The position numbers and the translations under genes are program-made. Under the pieces are notes generated by a model. The model saw only the letters and a program-made list of their open reading frames with translations. It was not told where the DNA came from and did not search any database. Shown one piece after another: positions 28,466-39,516 of a stretch of DNA of 64,000 nt. This DNA comes from an uncultured Verrucomicrobiae bacterium. Lineage in GTDB: Bacteria > Verrucomicrobiota > Verrucomicrobiia > Chthoniobacterales > UBA10450. The DNA is taken from the NCBI GenBank assembly GCA_963834385.1, contig CAWIBO010000002.1:320001-384000 (forward strand), written 5' to 3'. How positions within the stretch are numbered: the first letter of the stretch is position 1; each line of letters starts with the position of its first letter.

Positions 28466-29149
28466 CTAGAAGGTGTAGCCGAAAAAGGCGATCTCGCGGG
28501 CAAAGGCGCGGGCAACGATCTCGCGCTGGGCGTCGGTGTAGACCTCGCGGTAGGGGCGGCGATCGGTGCGCATCTCGCTCTTGGCGCCGGGATCGAGCGA
28601 CCCGGAGAACGGCAGGCCGAGCCGGGCGCAGACCCGGGCGAGCTCCTCGTTCAGGTTTTCGTAGCGCAGAACTTCGTCCACCAGCAGGCGGCCGGCACCA
28701 TCGGTGTACTTGCCGAAATTTACCGGCAACCTTCCCTGCGCGAGATACTGGTCGAAGGAAAGATCGCCGCCCGCGCGTGAGCGCAGCATGTGATAATGCG
28801 AAAGGGTCTTGTCCCAGGGATTCCGCTCGACGCAGAACTTGAAGTACTTGTTCCAGGCGGGGGCGCCGGCGCGGGCCCGGACGAGGCGGGCCGGCATGTG
28901 GTTGTAATATTTCCGGCGGGCGAGCAGCTCGCGGAAAGTCTGCCGGGGATCGGTGACGCCATCGATCAGCTCGGGCAGCGGGTTCCACCAGCCCTCGAAA
29001 TGGCGCGGCCGGTGCGGCGGCACCGGCGGCTCGATCGGCGTGACCACGTCGCGCGGCCCCCCCTGTTCGGCGAGGAAAATCTCCAGACTGGTCCCGGCCG
29101 TCTTCGTCGTCTTGATGAAGATGAACCGGAACTGGTGCGAGATGATCAT
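28466..29149 (-). CDS. sulfotransferase family 2 protein
   Basis: KTTKTAGTS, RNPWDKTLS, RYENL. Confidence 0.85.
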   Translation of the reverse strand: MIISHQFRFIFIKTTKTAGTSLEIFLAEQGGPRDVVTPIEPPVPPHRPRHFEGWWNPLPELIDGVTDPRQTFRELLARRKYYNHMPARLVRARAGAPAWNKYFKFCVERNPWDKTLSHYHMLRSRAGGDLSFDQYLAQGRLPVNFGKYTDGAGRLLVDEVLRYENLNEELARVCARLGLPFSGSLDPGAKSEMRTDRRPYREVYTDAQREIVARAFAREIAFFGYTF

Positions 29150-29209
29150 GCCCGGGAGGCGGGAACCGGCCCCGCGTGGAGCCGGTTCGCGCTGGCGGCG
29201 GCTGCCCTG

Positions 29210-30636
29210 CTAGACGTCGTAGTAGAGAGCGAACTCGTAGGGATGCGGACGCAGCCGGAGCGAGTCGTATTCCTTCTGCTTCATCTCGATCCAGTTGTTG
29301 ATGAAGTCGGCGTTAAAGACATCGCCGCGGAGGAGGAACTGGTGATCGGCCGCGAGCGCGGCAAGGGCGCCGCCGAGTGAATCGGGCACGCTCGGGACGT
29401 TGGCCAGTTCCTCGGGCGGCAGTTCGTAGAGGTTTTTATCGAGCGGATCGCCCGGGTCGATGCGGTTCTGGATGCCATCGAGGCCGGCCAGGAGCAGCGC
29501 GCTGAAGGCGACGTAGGGGTTGGCCGACGGGTCCGGGGTGCGAAACTCGATCCGTTTTGCCTTTGGGCTGGCCGAGTAGGTGGGAATGCGGATGGAAGCG
29601 GAACGGTTGCGCGCGGAATAGGCGAGATTGACCGGGGCCTCGAACCCGGGGACGAGCCGCTTGTAGCTGTTCGTGGTCGGGTTGGTGATGGCGGTGAGGG
29701 CGGGGGCATGCTTGAGAATGCCGCCGATGAAAAAGAGGGCGGTCTCGCTGAGGCCGGCGTAACCGTTGCCGGCAAAGAGCGGTTTGCCCTCTTTCCAGAG
29801 CGACATGTGAGTGTGCATGCCCGAGCCGTTGTCGCCGAAGAGCGGCTTCGGCATGAAGGTGACGGTCTTGCCATGTTTCTTGGCGACGTTGCGGATGATG
29901 TACTTGTAGAGCATCGAATCCAGTCGCCCATCTGCTTGAGCGGGGCGAAACGGATGTCGATCTCGGCCTGGCCGGCGGTGGCGACCTCATGGTGCTGGCG
30001 CTCAATGGGGATGCCGGCCTTTTCCAGCTCAAGGCACATTTCGTTGCGGATGTCCTGCTGGGTATCGGCCGGGGCCACGGGGAAGTAACCTTCCTTGGCC
30101 CTGATTTTGTAACCGAGATTCGGGAACTCTTCCTTCCCGCTGTTCCAGTGGCCTTCCACACTGTCGACCAGGTGAAAGGAGGAATTGCCGGTGTAGCTGA
30201 AACGGACTTCATCAAAGATGAAGAACTCGGCCTCGGGGCCGAAATTGGCGGTGTCGGCGATCCCGGTGCTCTTGAGGTAGGCCTCGGCTTTTTCGGCGAC
30301 GCCGCGGGGATCACGGTCGTAAGGCTCGCGCGTGATCGGGTCGACGATGGTGCAGATGAGCGAGAGCGTTTTCTCGGCGTTAAAGACGTCGATCCAGGCC
30401 GTGGTCGGGTCGGGGATGACGAGCATGTCGCTGGCATTGATGGCGCGCCAGCCGCGGATGCTGGAGCCGTCGAAGCCGAGGCCCTCGGTGAAGATCTCCT
30501 CGTTGTACTCGGTGAGGGTGGTGGTGAAATGCTGCCAGGCGCCGGGCAGGTCGGTGAACTTGAAGTCGATGAGTTTGACTTCGTTCTCCTTGATCATCTT
30601 GGTGACGTCGGAAGCGGATTTTATTTCTTTGGCCAT
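29210..30636 (-). CDS. glnA: type I glutamine synthetase (frameshift near 29915, probably a sequence error)
   Basis: [19 protein letters not shown] in one frame; [33 protein letters not shown] in the next frame. Confidence 0.95.
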
Positions 30637-30753
30637 GAGGGATGAGAGCGGGGCAGGGGTTGAGGTGGTGAAGAAAGTGCTTGGGCGCCGGAAAAAAGGG
30701 AGGCGGCGCCGCCGGCTTTGACAGGCGGGGAGAGAAGGGAGTCGGGCAAATCG

Positions 30754-31236
<483 letters not shown>

Positions 31237-31251
31237 TTATACTGCCTTTGG

Positions 31252-34200
31252 ATGTCCCGCGATTCTTTTGTCCATCTCCACCTGCACACGGAGTATTCGC
31301 TCCTCGACGGGGCGATCCGGATGAAGGAGCTGATGAAAAAAGCGGCCGATTTCGAGATGCCGGCGGTCGCCATTACCGACCATGGCAACCTTTACGGCGC
31401 GATCGAATTTTACCAGGCGGCGACGGCCGCGGGGATCCGGCCGATCATCGGTTGCGAGGCCTACATGGCGCCCGGTTCGATCAAGGACCGGCCCTCGTCG
31501 ATGCGCGATGCCGCCTACCATTTCACCCTCCTGGCCCGGGACGCCGTCGGCTATGGCAACCTGGTCAAACTGGTCTCGATCGCGCACCTGGACGGGTTTC
31601 ATTACCGCCCGCGCATCGACAAGGAACTGCTGGCGAAACATGCCCAGGGCTTGATCGGCATGAGCGCCTGTCTCAAGGGCGAGATCAACATGGCGATCCA
31701 GTCGGATAACATGGCCAAGGCGCGCCAGAGCGCGGCCGAGTTTCGCGACATCCTCGGGGCCGAGAATTTTTTCCTGGAGTTGCACGATCACGGGATCGAG
31801 GCGCAACAGAAGTGCAACGCCGTCCTGCCCGGCCTGGCCCGGGAGTTCGGGCTCGGTTTGGTGGCGGCGAACGACGTCCATTTCCTGGAACGCAGTCATC
31901 ACGAGGCGCACGACGTCATGATCTGCATCGGGACCGGGAAAATGGTGCAGGACGAGCGGCGCATGCGTTACCCGGAGGAGCTGTATTTCAAGTCGGCCGC
32001 GGAAATGCGGGCGCTTTTCGGGCATGAGAAGGGGGCGATCGAGAACACCCTGGAGATCGCGGACCGCTGCCGGGTCGAGCTGGAGTTCGGCAAATCGAAG
32101 TATCCCGATTACCCGGCGCCGGAAGGGAAGACCCGGGAAGCCTATTTGCGGGAGCTTTGCTACCGGGGGCTGCACGACCGCTTCGGGGAGCGGGCGACAA
32201 GTGATCCGAAGCTGATCGAGCGGCTCGATTACGAGGTGGACGTGCTCGAGCGGACCGGTTTCGTGAGCTACTTCCTGATCGTCTGGGACTTCATCCATTT
32301 CGCCAAGCAGCGCGGCATCCCGGTGGGGCCCGGGCGCGGCTCGGCCGCCGGTTCCATGGTGGCCTATGTCCTCGGCATCACCGACGTGGATCCGCTGCGG
32401 TTCAACCTGCTGTTCGAGCGGTTCATGAACCCGGAACGCATTTCCCCGCCTGATATCGACGTGGATTTCTGCGAGTCGCGCCGCGGCGAGGTGCTCGAGT
32501 ACGTCCGGCGCAAATACGGGGAGCGGCGGGTCTCGCAGATCATCACCTTCGGGAAACTGAAGGCGAAAAGCGTGGTCCGCGATGTCGGCCGGGTCATTGG
32601 CCTGAGCTACGGCGAGGCTGACCGGCTGGCGCGAATGATTCCGAACGAACTGAACATCACGCTTTCCTCGGCGGCCGAGAAAGTGCCGGAGCTGAAGAAG
32701 GCGATCGAGACCGAGCCGGCCACGAAACAGCTTTGGGATTACGCCACCGTCCTCGAAGGACTCTCGCGCAACGCCGGGGTGCACGCCGCGGGGGTGGTCA
32801 TCGGCGACCGCGACCTTTCCGAGTACGTCCCGCTCTCTCGCGACACCCGCGGGACCGACGTGGTGAGCCAGTTCCCGATGAACCCGTTGAACGACCTCGG
32901 GCTGCTCAAGATGGATTTCCTCGGGTTGAAAACCCTCACCGTGATCGAGGATGCGGTGACACTGATCCGGCGGGAGCACCCCGATTTCGCGATCAGCAAG
33001 ATCCCGTTCGACGACGCCAAGGCGTTCGAACTCTTCAACCGCGGCGAGACCATCGGCATTTTCCAGATGGAATCGGGCGGGATGACGAGCGTCTCCAAGC
33101 AGTTCGAGGTGAAACGGATCGAGGACATCATCGCCCTGATCGCGCTTTACCGGCCGGGACCGATGGAACTGATTCCCGATTTCATCAAGCGGAAGAAAGG
33201 GCTCGCAAAAATTCGCTACGAGCATCCGCTCCTGGAGGAGATTTGCGCCGAGACCTACGGCGTCATGATCTACCAGGAACAGGTCATGGCCGCGGCCAGC
33301 CGGCTGGCCGGTTACTCGCTCGGACAAGCCGACCTGCTCCGGCGCGCCATGGGCAAGAAAGACCGGGAAAAGATGGCGAAGGAACGCGAGCGCTTCATCG
33401 AGGGGTGCGCGCGGACGAACAGCATCGCGGAGAAGAAGGCGAACGCGATCTTTGACCTGCTGGAGAAATTTGCCGGGTATGGGTTCAACAAGAGCCACAG
33501 CGCGGCCTATGGCCTGATCAGCTACCAGACCGCCTACCTGAAGGCGAATTTTCCGGTCGAGTTCATGGCCGGCCTGCTCAGCAACGAGATCAATAACACC
33601 GACAAGATTGCCGTTTTCGTGGGGGAATGTAAGCGCATGGGCATCCCGATTTTGCCGCCTGACGTGAACGAGAGCGGCCTGAAGTTCACCCCGGCCCCGC
33701 ACGAGGGGGCGCGGGGCATCCGTTACGGCCTGGCTGCGATCAAGAATGTCGGCGAAGGCGCGATGGAGGCGGCCATTGCCGAGCGGGCGGCCCACGGGAG
33801 TTTTTCGTCGCTGGAGGATTTCTGCGGGCGGCTCGATTCACGCGTGGCCAACCGGAAGATGCTCGAGAGCCTGGTGAAATGCGGCGCCTTCGACTTTGTC
33901 GGACGCGAGCGCGCGGCGCTTTTTGCCTGCATCGACGAGGCGATGGCGGCGGCTTCCTCCGCCCATCGCGACCGCGCGGCGGGGCAGGCCTCGCTGTTCG
34001 GCGACGACCCGATCGTGCCGGCGCGGGCGTCGATCGCGGCCGATTTCGAGCCCTGGAGCGAGCGGGAGAAGATGACCTACGAAAAGGAGCTGCTCGGGTT
34101 TTATGTCACGGGGCATCCGCTGGATGCCTACGCGGGCGCGCTTGCAGCGGGGAAATACCAGAACATCGCCGAGATGGGCGAGCTGCCGGACCGGGCGGTC

Positions 34201-34776
34201 TTCCGGATCGCGGGAGCGCTGGCCCAGCTCGACAAAAAATTCACCAAGCGCGAAGGCAAACCCTTTGGGGTCGCCTTTGTCGAGGATCTCACCGGGACGC
34301 TCGAGATCGTCCTTTGGAACGAGGTCTACTCGAAGGTGGCCGACAAACTGACCGTGGGCGCGGTCTTCGCCATCCAGGGCACGGTGGACAAGCGCGACGA
34401 TTCGGTGCGCGCCACAGCGCAGAAGATCAAGCTTCTCACGCCCGACGCGGCGGGCGCTCGTCCGGCGCCCACGGCCGGGAAGGGGAATGGCCACGGCGGC
34501 GCCATCACCCTGCGCTTTGGACCGTCGGCGACGCGCGCGGATCTTTGCACGGTGCGGGAACTTCTTGCCGGCTCGCCGGGTTCCTGTCCGGTGACGCTCC
34601 TGATTGATCGCGGCCGGGGCACGCCGGTGGTGCTCGATGCCGGGGCCGAGGTCCGGGTGGCGCTGACGGAGGAATTGCGCCTAAAGCTGGCGCCTTGGCT
34701 GGAGCGGACCGCTCAGGGTGTGGCCGCAGGCTCGGGAGCCTCGGGTTCGGCTTCGTCGGGAAGCGGCGGGGCGTAG
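31252..34776 (+). CDS. dnaE: DNA polymerase III alpha subunit
   Basis: HLHLHTEYSLLDG PHP domain, GRGSAAGS, PDIDVD, KMDFLGL, YGFNKSH. Confidence 0.98.
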   Translation: MSRDSFVHLHLHTEYSLLDGAIRMKELMKKAADFEMPAVAITDHGNLYGAIEFYQAATAAGIRPIIGCEAYMAPGSIKDRPSSMRDAAYHFTLLARDAVGYGNLVKLVSIAHLDGFHYRPRIDKELLAKHAQGLIGMSACLKGEINMAIQSDNMAKARQSAAEFRDILGAENFFLELHDHGIEAQQKCNAVLPGLAREFGLGLVAANDVHFLERSHHEAHDVMICIGTGKMVQDERRMRYPEELYFKSAAEMRALFGHEKGAIENTLEIADRCRVELEFGKSKYPDYPAPEGKTREAYLRELCYRGLHDRFGERATSDPKLIERLDYEVDVLERTGFVSYFLIVWDFIHFAKQRGIPVGPGRGSAAGSMVAYVLGITDVDPLRFNLLFERFMNPERISPPDIDVDFCESRRGEVLEYVRRKYGERRVSQIITFGKLKAKSVVRDVGRVIGLSYGEADRLARMIPNELNITLSSAAEKVPELKKAIETEPATKQLWDYATVLEGLSRNAGVHAAGVVIGDRDLSEYVPLSRDTRGTDVVSQFPMNPLNDLGLLKMDFLGLKTLTVIEDAVTLIRREHPDFAISKIPFDDAKAFELFNRGETIGIFQMESGGMTSVSKQFEVKRIEDIIALIALYRPGPMELIPDFIKRKKGLAKIRYEHPLLEEICAETYGVMIYQEQVMAAASRLAGYSLGQADLLRRAMGKKDREKMAKERERFIEGCARTNSIAEKKANAIFDLLEKFAGYGFNKSHSAAYGLISYQTAYLKANFPVEFMAGLLSNEINNTDKIAVFVGECKRMGIPILPPDVNESGLKFTPAPHEGARGIRYGLAAIKNVGEGAMEAAIAERAAHGSFSSLEDFCGRLDSRVANRKMLESLVKCGAFDFVGRERAALFACIDEAMAAASSAHRDRAAGQASLFGDDPIVPARASIAADFEPWSEREKMTYEKELLGFYVTGHPLDAYAGALAAGKYQNIAEMGELPDRAVFRIAGALAQLDKKFTKREGKPFGVAFVEDLTGTLEIVLWNEVYSKVADKLTVGAVFAIQGTVDKRDDSVRATAQKIKLLTPDAAGARPAPTAGKGNGHGGAITLRFGPSATRADLCTVRELLAGSPGSCPVTLLIDRGRGTPVVLDAGAEVRVALTEELRLKLAPWLERTAQGVAAGSGASGSASSGSGGA

Positions 34777-36851
34777 AGGCGGGCGGTGGTTCCCTCCTGA
34801 AACCAGCAAATCCGCACGGTGCTCGGAGTGACTGTGGCGCTCCCGCTGCCCTGCGGCACCAGCGTGGCGGTCCAGTCATCGGCGAACCAGGTCCCGCTCA
34901 GGCTGATTTTTTCCAGGGCGCCCGGCGCCGGTCCGCCCGCGAGCGGCGCGGCCGGGGTGAGGTCGAGCGCGGCGAGGCAGTCTTCGGTCTGCAATCCGGC
35001 GGCGGGCAGCGGGGCGAGGGGCACGAATTCGGCCAGGGCGCGATTGTTCTCCTCGAACCGGACCGTGCCTCGCGCCGGCAGGGCGGCGTCGTCATCGCGA
35101 AGCTCGAGGCGTTCGATCGTCATTTCGCGACCGGCCATGGCGGCCTGGGCGGTGAGCGTGTGGCGGTCGCTTTTTAGTTCGATCCGACGCAACTCGAGCC
35201 GGGCGGGGTCGTAAACGGCATCGACCTCGGCCGCGAGGGGAGGAAGTCCGGGAAGGGAGGCGGCGGCCAGGCCGGCGCCGGAGAGACGGAAATCACCCTT
35301 GTGCTCGCCGGCAGTGCCGTTGCCGTGCCAGGTGAAGCGAAGGGAACCTTTCGGCGCGCCCACGGGCCAATCGGGCGGGAACGCGCCCGCATAGGGCGTG
35401 AGCGATTCGATCTGGCCGGAAAGTTCGGCGGTGTAGCGCTGGCGCGGCGCGGCGAAGTCGATGCGGCCGCGCGCGTCCACGGAGTCGCGCAGGTTGCGGG
35501 CTTCGAGCGCGGTCAGGGTGAGTTCGGCGCCGTCGATGCTGAGGCGGGCGCGCAGGCTGGCCACGGGCGCGCCGAAAAGCTTGAGCGATTCTCCGCGGAT
35601 GCTGATGGTGCCGGCCATGTCGCGGAGCTGCTCGCGCATGGAACCCTCGATGCGCAGGGTGCCGGCAAAGTTTTTGGCCGGGAGACCGACCAGCTCGGCG
35701 AATTCGCCGAGGTCATTGACCGTGGCCGAGATGTCGCTGCGAAAACTCGGCTGGAGCCACATGGAGAGGTCGGTGGGCAGGGCGTATTCGCCGCTGAGGG
35801 TGAGTTCGTTGCTGCGTTGCTTGAGATAAAGCTGGGCCACGTGGATCTCGCGGTTGTAGAGCGAGGCGCCGAGCATGAGCACCTCGGCCCGCCGGGCCCG
35901 CCAGCTCAGGGCGTTCACCTCCATCCAAATGGAGCCGGTGGCGTTGGCCAGATCCCTGACGTCGCCGCGAAAGGTGAACTTGGAGGCACGCAACGTTCCG
36001 GCGGCCGGCTCGCGCAGGCCGATGGTCTTGAGCAGTTCGGCGAAGGAGACGTTCGCGGCCGATCCGGCAATGTCCCAGGTCACCTTTTCCTCCGGTTGCT
36101 GGCGGGAAACGCTGGCGCGCACTTCGCCGCCAAAAGCGTCGAGGTGAATTTCGAACCGGACCCGGCTTTGCCCAAGCTGCGAAAGATCGCCGCTGATGGT
36201 TTCGAGCTGCAGATCGCGGCCGAGACGCAGGGCCGCCAGGGTCAGGCGCTGGTTTTCCCAGGAAGCGGGACCCGAGATGCCGGTGAACCGCTGTTTGAAC
36301 AGGGGCGAGGTGATCGCCACGGTGCCGGCGCTGAAATGGCCCGCATCGTACTGGCTGGCCGTGAGATTGACCCCTTCCAGGAGCACCTCGGTGGAGTCGT
36401 CCACCACCCGCAGACGAAGATCCTGCAGGGTGAACCCGGCCGGGAGCAGGCTGTGAATCATCTCCCAGTCGAACTGGCAGCGTTCGCCCACCCCGGCGCG
36501 CCGCCGAATTTCGCCGCCCGGCTTGAGCAGGGTCAGATATTGCAGCGGCTGCTCGCCCCGTTTGCGAAAGAAGGCGAGCCAATCGAGCGAGAACTGCGCG
36601 CGCTCGATTGTGAAATCGACCTCGTAGGTGCAGGCCTGTTCGCTGCGGATGCGGATGTTCTCGATCTCGACCGGTCGAAAATAGGGGGCGCTGATGCGGC
36701 CCAATTGAATGCGCAGGCCCTGGTGGCGCGACTGGTAGCCGGCATAAAGCCGCAGGCCGGCGCCGATGAGGTAGGGCGAGAGCGCGAAGAGAACTCCGGC
36801 CAGGAGGGCGAGGAAGAGCAGAAAGAGGAGAAGACGTCGGCCAAGGCGCAT
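34713..36851 (-). CDS. AsmA/TamB-like beta-rich envelope protein
   Basis: N-terminal membrane anchor followed by amphipathic beta repeats; family inferred. Confidence 0.6.
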   Translation of the reverse strand: MRLGRRLLLFLLFLALLAGVLFALSPYLIGAGLRLYAGYQSRHQGLRIQLGRISAPYFRPVEIENIRIRSEQACTYEVDFTIERAQFSLDWLAFFRKRGEQPLQYLTLLKPGGEIRRRAGVGERCQFDWEMIHSLLPAGFTLQDLRLRVVDDSTEVLLEGVNLTASQYDAGHFSAGTVAITSPLFKQRFTGISGPASWENQRLTLAALRLGRDLQLETISGDLSQLGQSRVRFEIHLDAFGGEVRASVSRQQPEEKVTWDIAGSAANVSFAELLKTIGLREPAAGTLRASKFTFRGDVRDLANATGSIWMEVNALSWRARRAEVLMLGASLYNREIHVAQLYLKQRSNELTLSGEYALPTDLSMWLQPSFRSDISATVNDLGEFAELVGLPAKNFAGTLRIEGSMREQLRDMAGTISIRGESLKLFGAPVASLRARLSIDGAELTLTALEARNLRDSVDARGRIDFAAPRQRYTAELSGQIESLTPYAGAFPPDWPVGAPKGSLRFTWHGNGTAGEHKGDFRLSGAGLAAASLPGLPPLAAEVDAVYDPARLELRRIELKSDRHTLTAQAAMAGREMTIERLELRDDDAALPARGTVRFEENNRALAEFVPLAPLPAAGLQTEDCLAALDLTPAAPLAGGPAPGALEKISLSGTWFADDWTATLVPQGSGSATVTPSTVRICWFQEGTTARLYAPPLPDEAEPEAPEPAATP

Positions 36852-36903
36852 CGCGGCTCCTTTTAGCCTCAATTGCCGGGGTCGGGAAGCGACAAAAGCG
36901 GCC

Positions 36904-37584
36904 TTACCCAGCCGGCGGTCGCGCGCCGAAGAGGACGCGCATGGGGCGCGCCGGCTGCAATTTCTCCTCCAACTGCTTTTGCAACGCGGCCTCCGCCTCG
37001 CGGGGCAGGCCCGCCGCCTCGGCTTTTTCGCGGGCCAGCTGACCGAGCGCGGTGATTTCTTTTTCCAAATCCGCCGCGGAGATCCGGTTCCAAAAACCGC
37101 TTTCGAACTCGAGCACCTCGAGCGCTTCCTGGTCGAGCCCGAGAATCCGCGCCGGCGGCACCTGCACCCGGATGGCCTCTTCCTCCACCGTCACGGAGAA
37201 GTTTTCGCGCAGATCAAAACCGGCCTTGACCTTGAAGCGGCCGCGCAGGCGCAGGCGCTTGGTGCTCCCCGCCCAGGTATGGGTGAAGTCATGCTCGATC
37301 TCGGTGGCGCGCGACGCCGTGATGAGCTCGGCCGCGGCGGTGGTTTGCTCGAAGACCACGCGGTCGTGCACGGTGATGCGCGGTTGCAGCCGGGTGACCT
37401 GAACAAAGCCGTCGCGCAGGTCGCGCCCGAGACGTTCCAGTTCGGCGGTGGTGCGGGCGGCCGTGCGCGCGGGCCAGCTTTCCAGGCGCAGGAAGATGGC
37501 GAAGACTACCGCCCCGATGATCAGGGCGATGAGGACAAGCGCCAGGGGCCAGACGGAGCGGCGCGGCGGATCCGGTAAGCTCAT
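36904..37584 (-). CDS. DUF4230 domain protein
   Basis: N-terminal TM segment; VKAGFDL...VPPARIL pattern. Confidence 0.7.
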   Translation of the reverse strand: MSLPDPPRRSVWPLALVLIALIIGAVVFAIFLRLESWPARTAARTTAELERLGRDLRDGFVQVTRLQPRITVHDRVVFEQTTAAAELITASRATEIEHDFTHTWAGSTKRLRLRGRFKVKAGFDLRENFSVTVEEEAIRVQVPPARILGLDQEALEVLEFESGFWNRISAADLEKEITALGQLAREKAEAAGLPREAEAALQKQLEEKLQPARPMRVLFGARPPAG

Positions 37585-37812
37585 GGGGACCAGTCGGCCA
37601 CTTTGGCCGGGGATGCAGCCGGAAAGTACCGCCCCCCGCGCCCGTGAGGACGCGAAGGGCGGCTGTTCCCCCCAGAACAATCTGGAAAACAGCGTGTCGA
37701 ATACCCGAGGAGAACAGCGGTAGCAACAAAAATCATTCGGCCTGATTTGTTTCAGGGCCCCCCCTGTCGCAGTTTGGCGGCGGCGCGGGGCCGGTTCCGC
37801 GCTTTTTTTTGC

Positions 37813-38871
37813 ATGATCAGCCAGCTCAATCTTCGCCAATTCCGCTGCTTTGAGAGCCTCGCGGTCGAGTTTGCGCCCGGCTTCAACTTCTTTGTCGGCG
37901 CCAACGGGCAGGGGAAGACTTCAATCCTGGAGGCCGCCTGTGTGCTCCTGCGGCTGCAGTCGCAACGAAGCGCTTCCCTGGCCCCGCTAGTCCGCAAAGA
38001 GGCCCCTTTTTTCGCCCTGGCCGGTTGCGCGGACGGCCACGCGGTCGAATTCCGTTACCGGCCGCTGCGCCGGCGGCTCCTGCTCGATGGCGTGGAACAG
38101 CGAGGCACGGCTGATTACCTGGAGCTGGCGCGGGTGGTTTCCTTTGCCAACAGCGACATCGACCTGGTGCGCGGCGGTTCGGAAGGGCGCCGGCGTTATC
38201 TCGATTTTCTCGGCAGCCAGCTGGAAGCGCGTTATCGCCCGATCCTGCGGCGTTATGAACGGGCCTTGCGCTCGCGCAACGCGCTCCTCCGCCAATCCGC
38301 GCCGCGCCCGCGCGAGCTGGCCGCGTATGACGGGCCGCTGGTGGAGGCGGGCAGCGAGTTGCTGACGCTGCGCGCCGGCCTGGTGGCCCGGCTGGCGCCG
38401 TTGGCCGCGGCCGCGCATGGCGAAATTGCGGGCGCGCCGGAGCGGTTCGCCCTCCGCTACCTGCCGGGGAGCGGCCCTGATTTTGCCGGTGAACTTGAAC
38501 AATCGCGCGGCGAGGAAACGCGGCTGCGACAAACGCAGGTCGGTCCCCACCGCGACGACCTCGAGCTGCTCGTCGATGAAATGGCGGCCCCGCAGTTTGC
38601 CTCCGAGGGCCAGCAAAGAACCGTGGCGCTGGCCCTGAAGATCGCCCAGGCCCGCGTCTTTGAGGAAACGAACCGGACCCCCCTGCTCCTGCTCGATGAC
38701 ATTTTCGGCGAACTCGATCGCGCCCGGCGGAATCGTCTTCTCACCGCCCTGCCCGACCGCGCGCAAAAACTGGTCACGGCCACCGCGATGGACTGGCTGG
38801 AAAATCTGCCGGAAGGCCCGGTCTGGGAATTGTCCGGGCGGATGCTGCGGCCGGCCGGCGCGGGGGATTGA
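37813..38871 (+). CDS. recF: DNA replication/repair protein RecF
   Basis: GANGQGKTSILEA, RRRYLD, GPHRDDL, SEGQQR, LLLDDIFGELD. Confidence 0.95.
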   Translation: MISQLNLRQFRCFESLAVEFAPGFNFFVGANGQGKTSILEAACVLLRLQSQRSASLAPLVRKEAPFFALAGCADGHAVEFRYRPLRRRLLLDGVEQRGTADYLELARVVSFANSDIDLVRGGSEGRRRYLDFLGSQLEARYRPILRRYERALRSRNALLRQSAPRPRELAAYDGPLVEAGSELLTLRAGLVARLAPLAAAAHGEIAGAPERFALRYLPGSGPDFAGELEQSRGEETRLRQTQVGPHRDDLELLVDEMAAPQFASEGQQRTVALALKIAQARVFEETNRTPLLLLDDIFGELDRARRNRLLTALPDRAQKLVTATAMDWLENLPEGPVWELSGRMLRPAGAGD

Positions 38872-38917
38872 GGAATCCTGCTGGCTGGCGGCCCGCGTAT
38901 TATACTAGGATAACACT

Positions 38918-39467
38918 ATGCGAGGACGCCAAAAGAACCTGACCGGATCGCTCCTGGTGGCGCATCCGGATCTGCGCGACCCGAATTTTCGGCGCAGCGT
39001 TCTTTTGATCTCGGCGCATGACCCGGATGATGGGGCGCTCGGGGTCATTCTGAACCGGCCCTTGGACCGCCAGGTTTCGGAGCTGGTGAGCGAGCCGGCG
39101 CCGGACGCGCTGAACGAAGTGCCGGTGTTCCTGGGCGGGCCGGTCGCGCGTGACCAGTTGATTTTCGCCTCCCTGGAATGGGAAGGGGCAACGCGCCTGA
39201 AACTGAATCATAACCTGAACCTGGACGAGGCCGAGGATCGCGCGGAAGAGGATGCGCTTTCGATCTGCGCCTTTGTCGGCTACGCGGGCTGGAGCGCGGG
39301 GCAGCTCGAGGCGGAGATGCGCCAGAATTCGTGGGTGGTCCGCAAGCCGACGCGCTCGGTCCTCTCGCGCGAGGGCCTGCCGACGCTTTGGTTCGAAATC
39401 ATGCGGAGCCTGGGACCGTGGTACAAGATGCTGGCGGCGGCGCCGGACGATCCTTCCTCTGAACTAG
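38918..39467 (+). CDS. YqgE/AlgH family protein (probable +1 indel just before the stop)
   Basis: LLVAHPDLRDPNFRRSV, GGPV, GYAGWSAGQLEAE; removing one base gives ...PDDPSLN-TAG at 39467. Confidence 0.88.
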
Positions 39468-39516
39468 GTCCGCGATTTCGCTTGTCAGCGGTCGGGACTG
39501 TTCTATCTCTCTCTGC

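Noticed and set aside
29210..30636. glnA (and yidC, hmgA) as pseudogenes or programmed frameshifts
   Set aside because: No slippery heptamer or further decay; many unrelated and essential genes are hit, so sequence error is more parsimonious.
31237..33795. 852-aa antisense ORF (and similar long ones at 14168-16345, 51800-54040, 62032-63660)
   Set aside because: Shadow frames opposite well-identified genes, expected with high GC3 codon bias.
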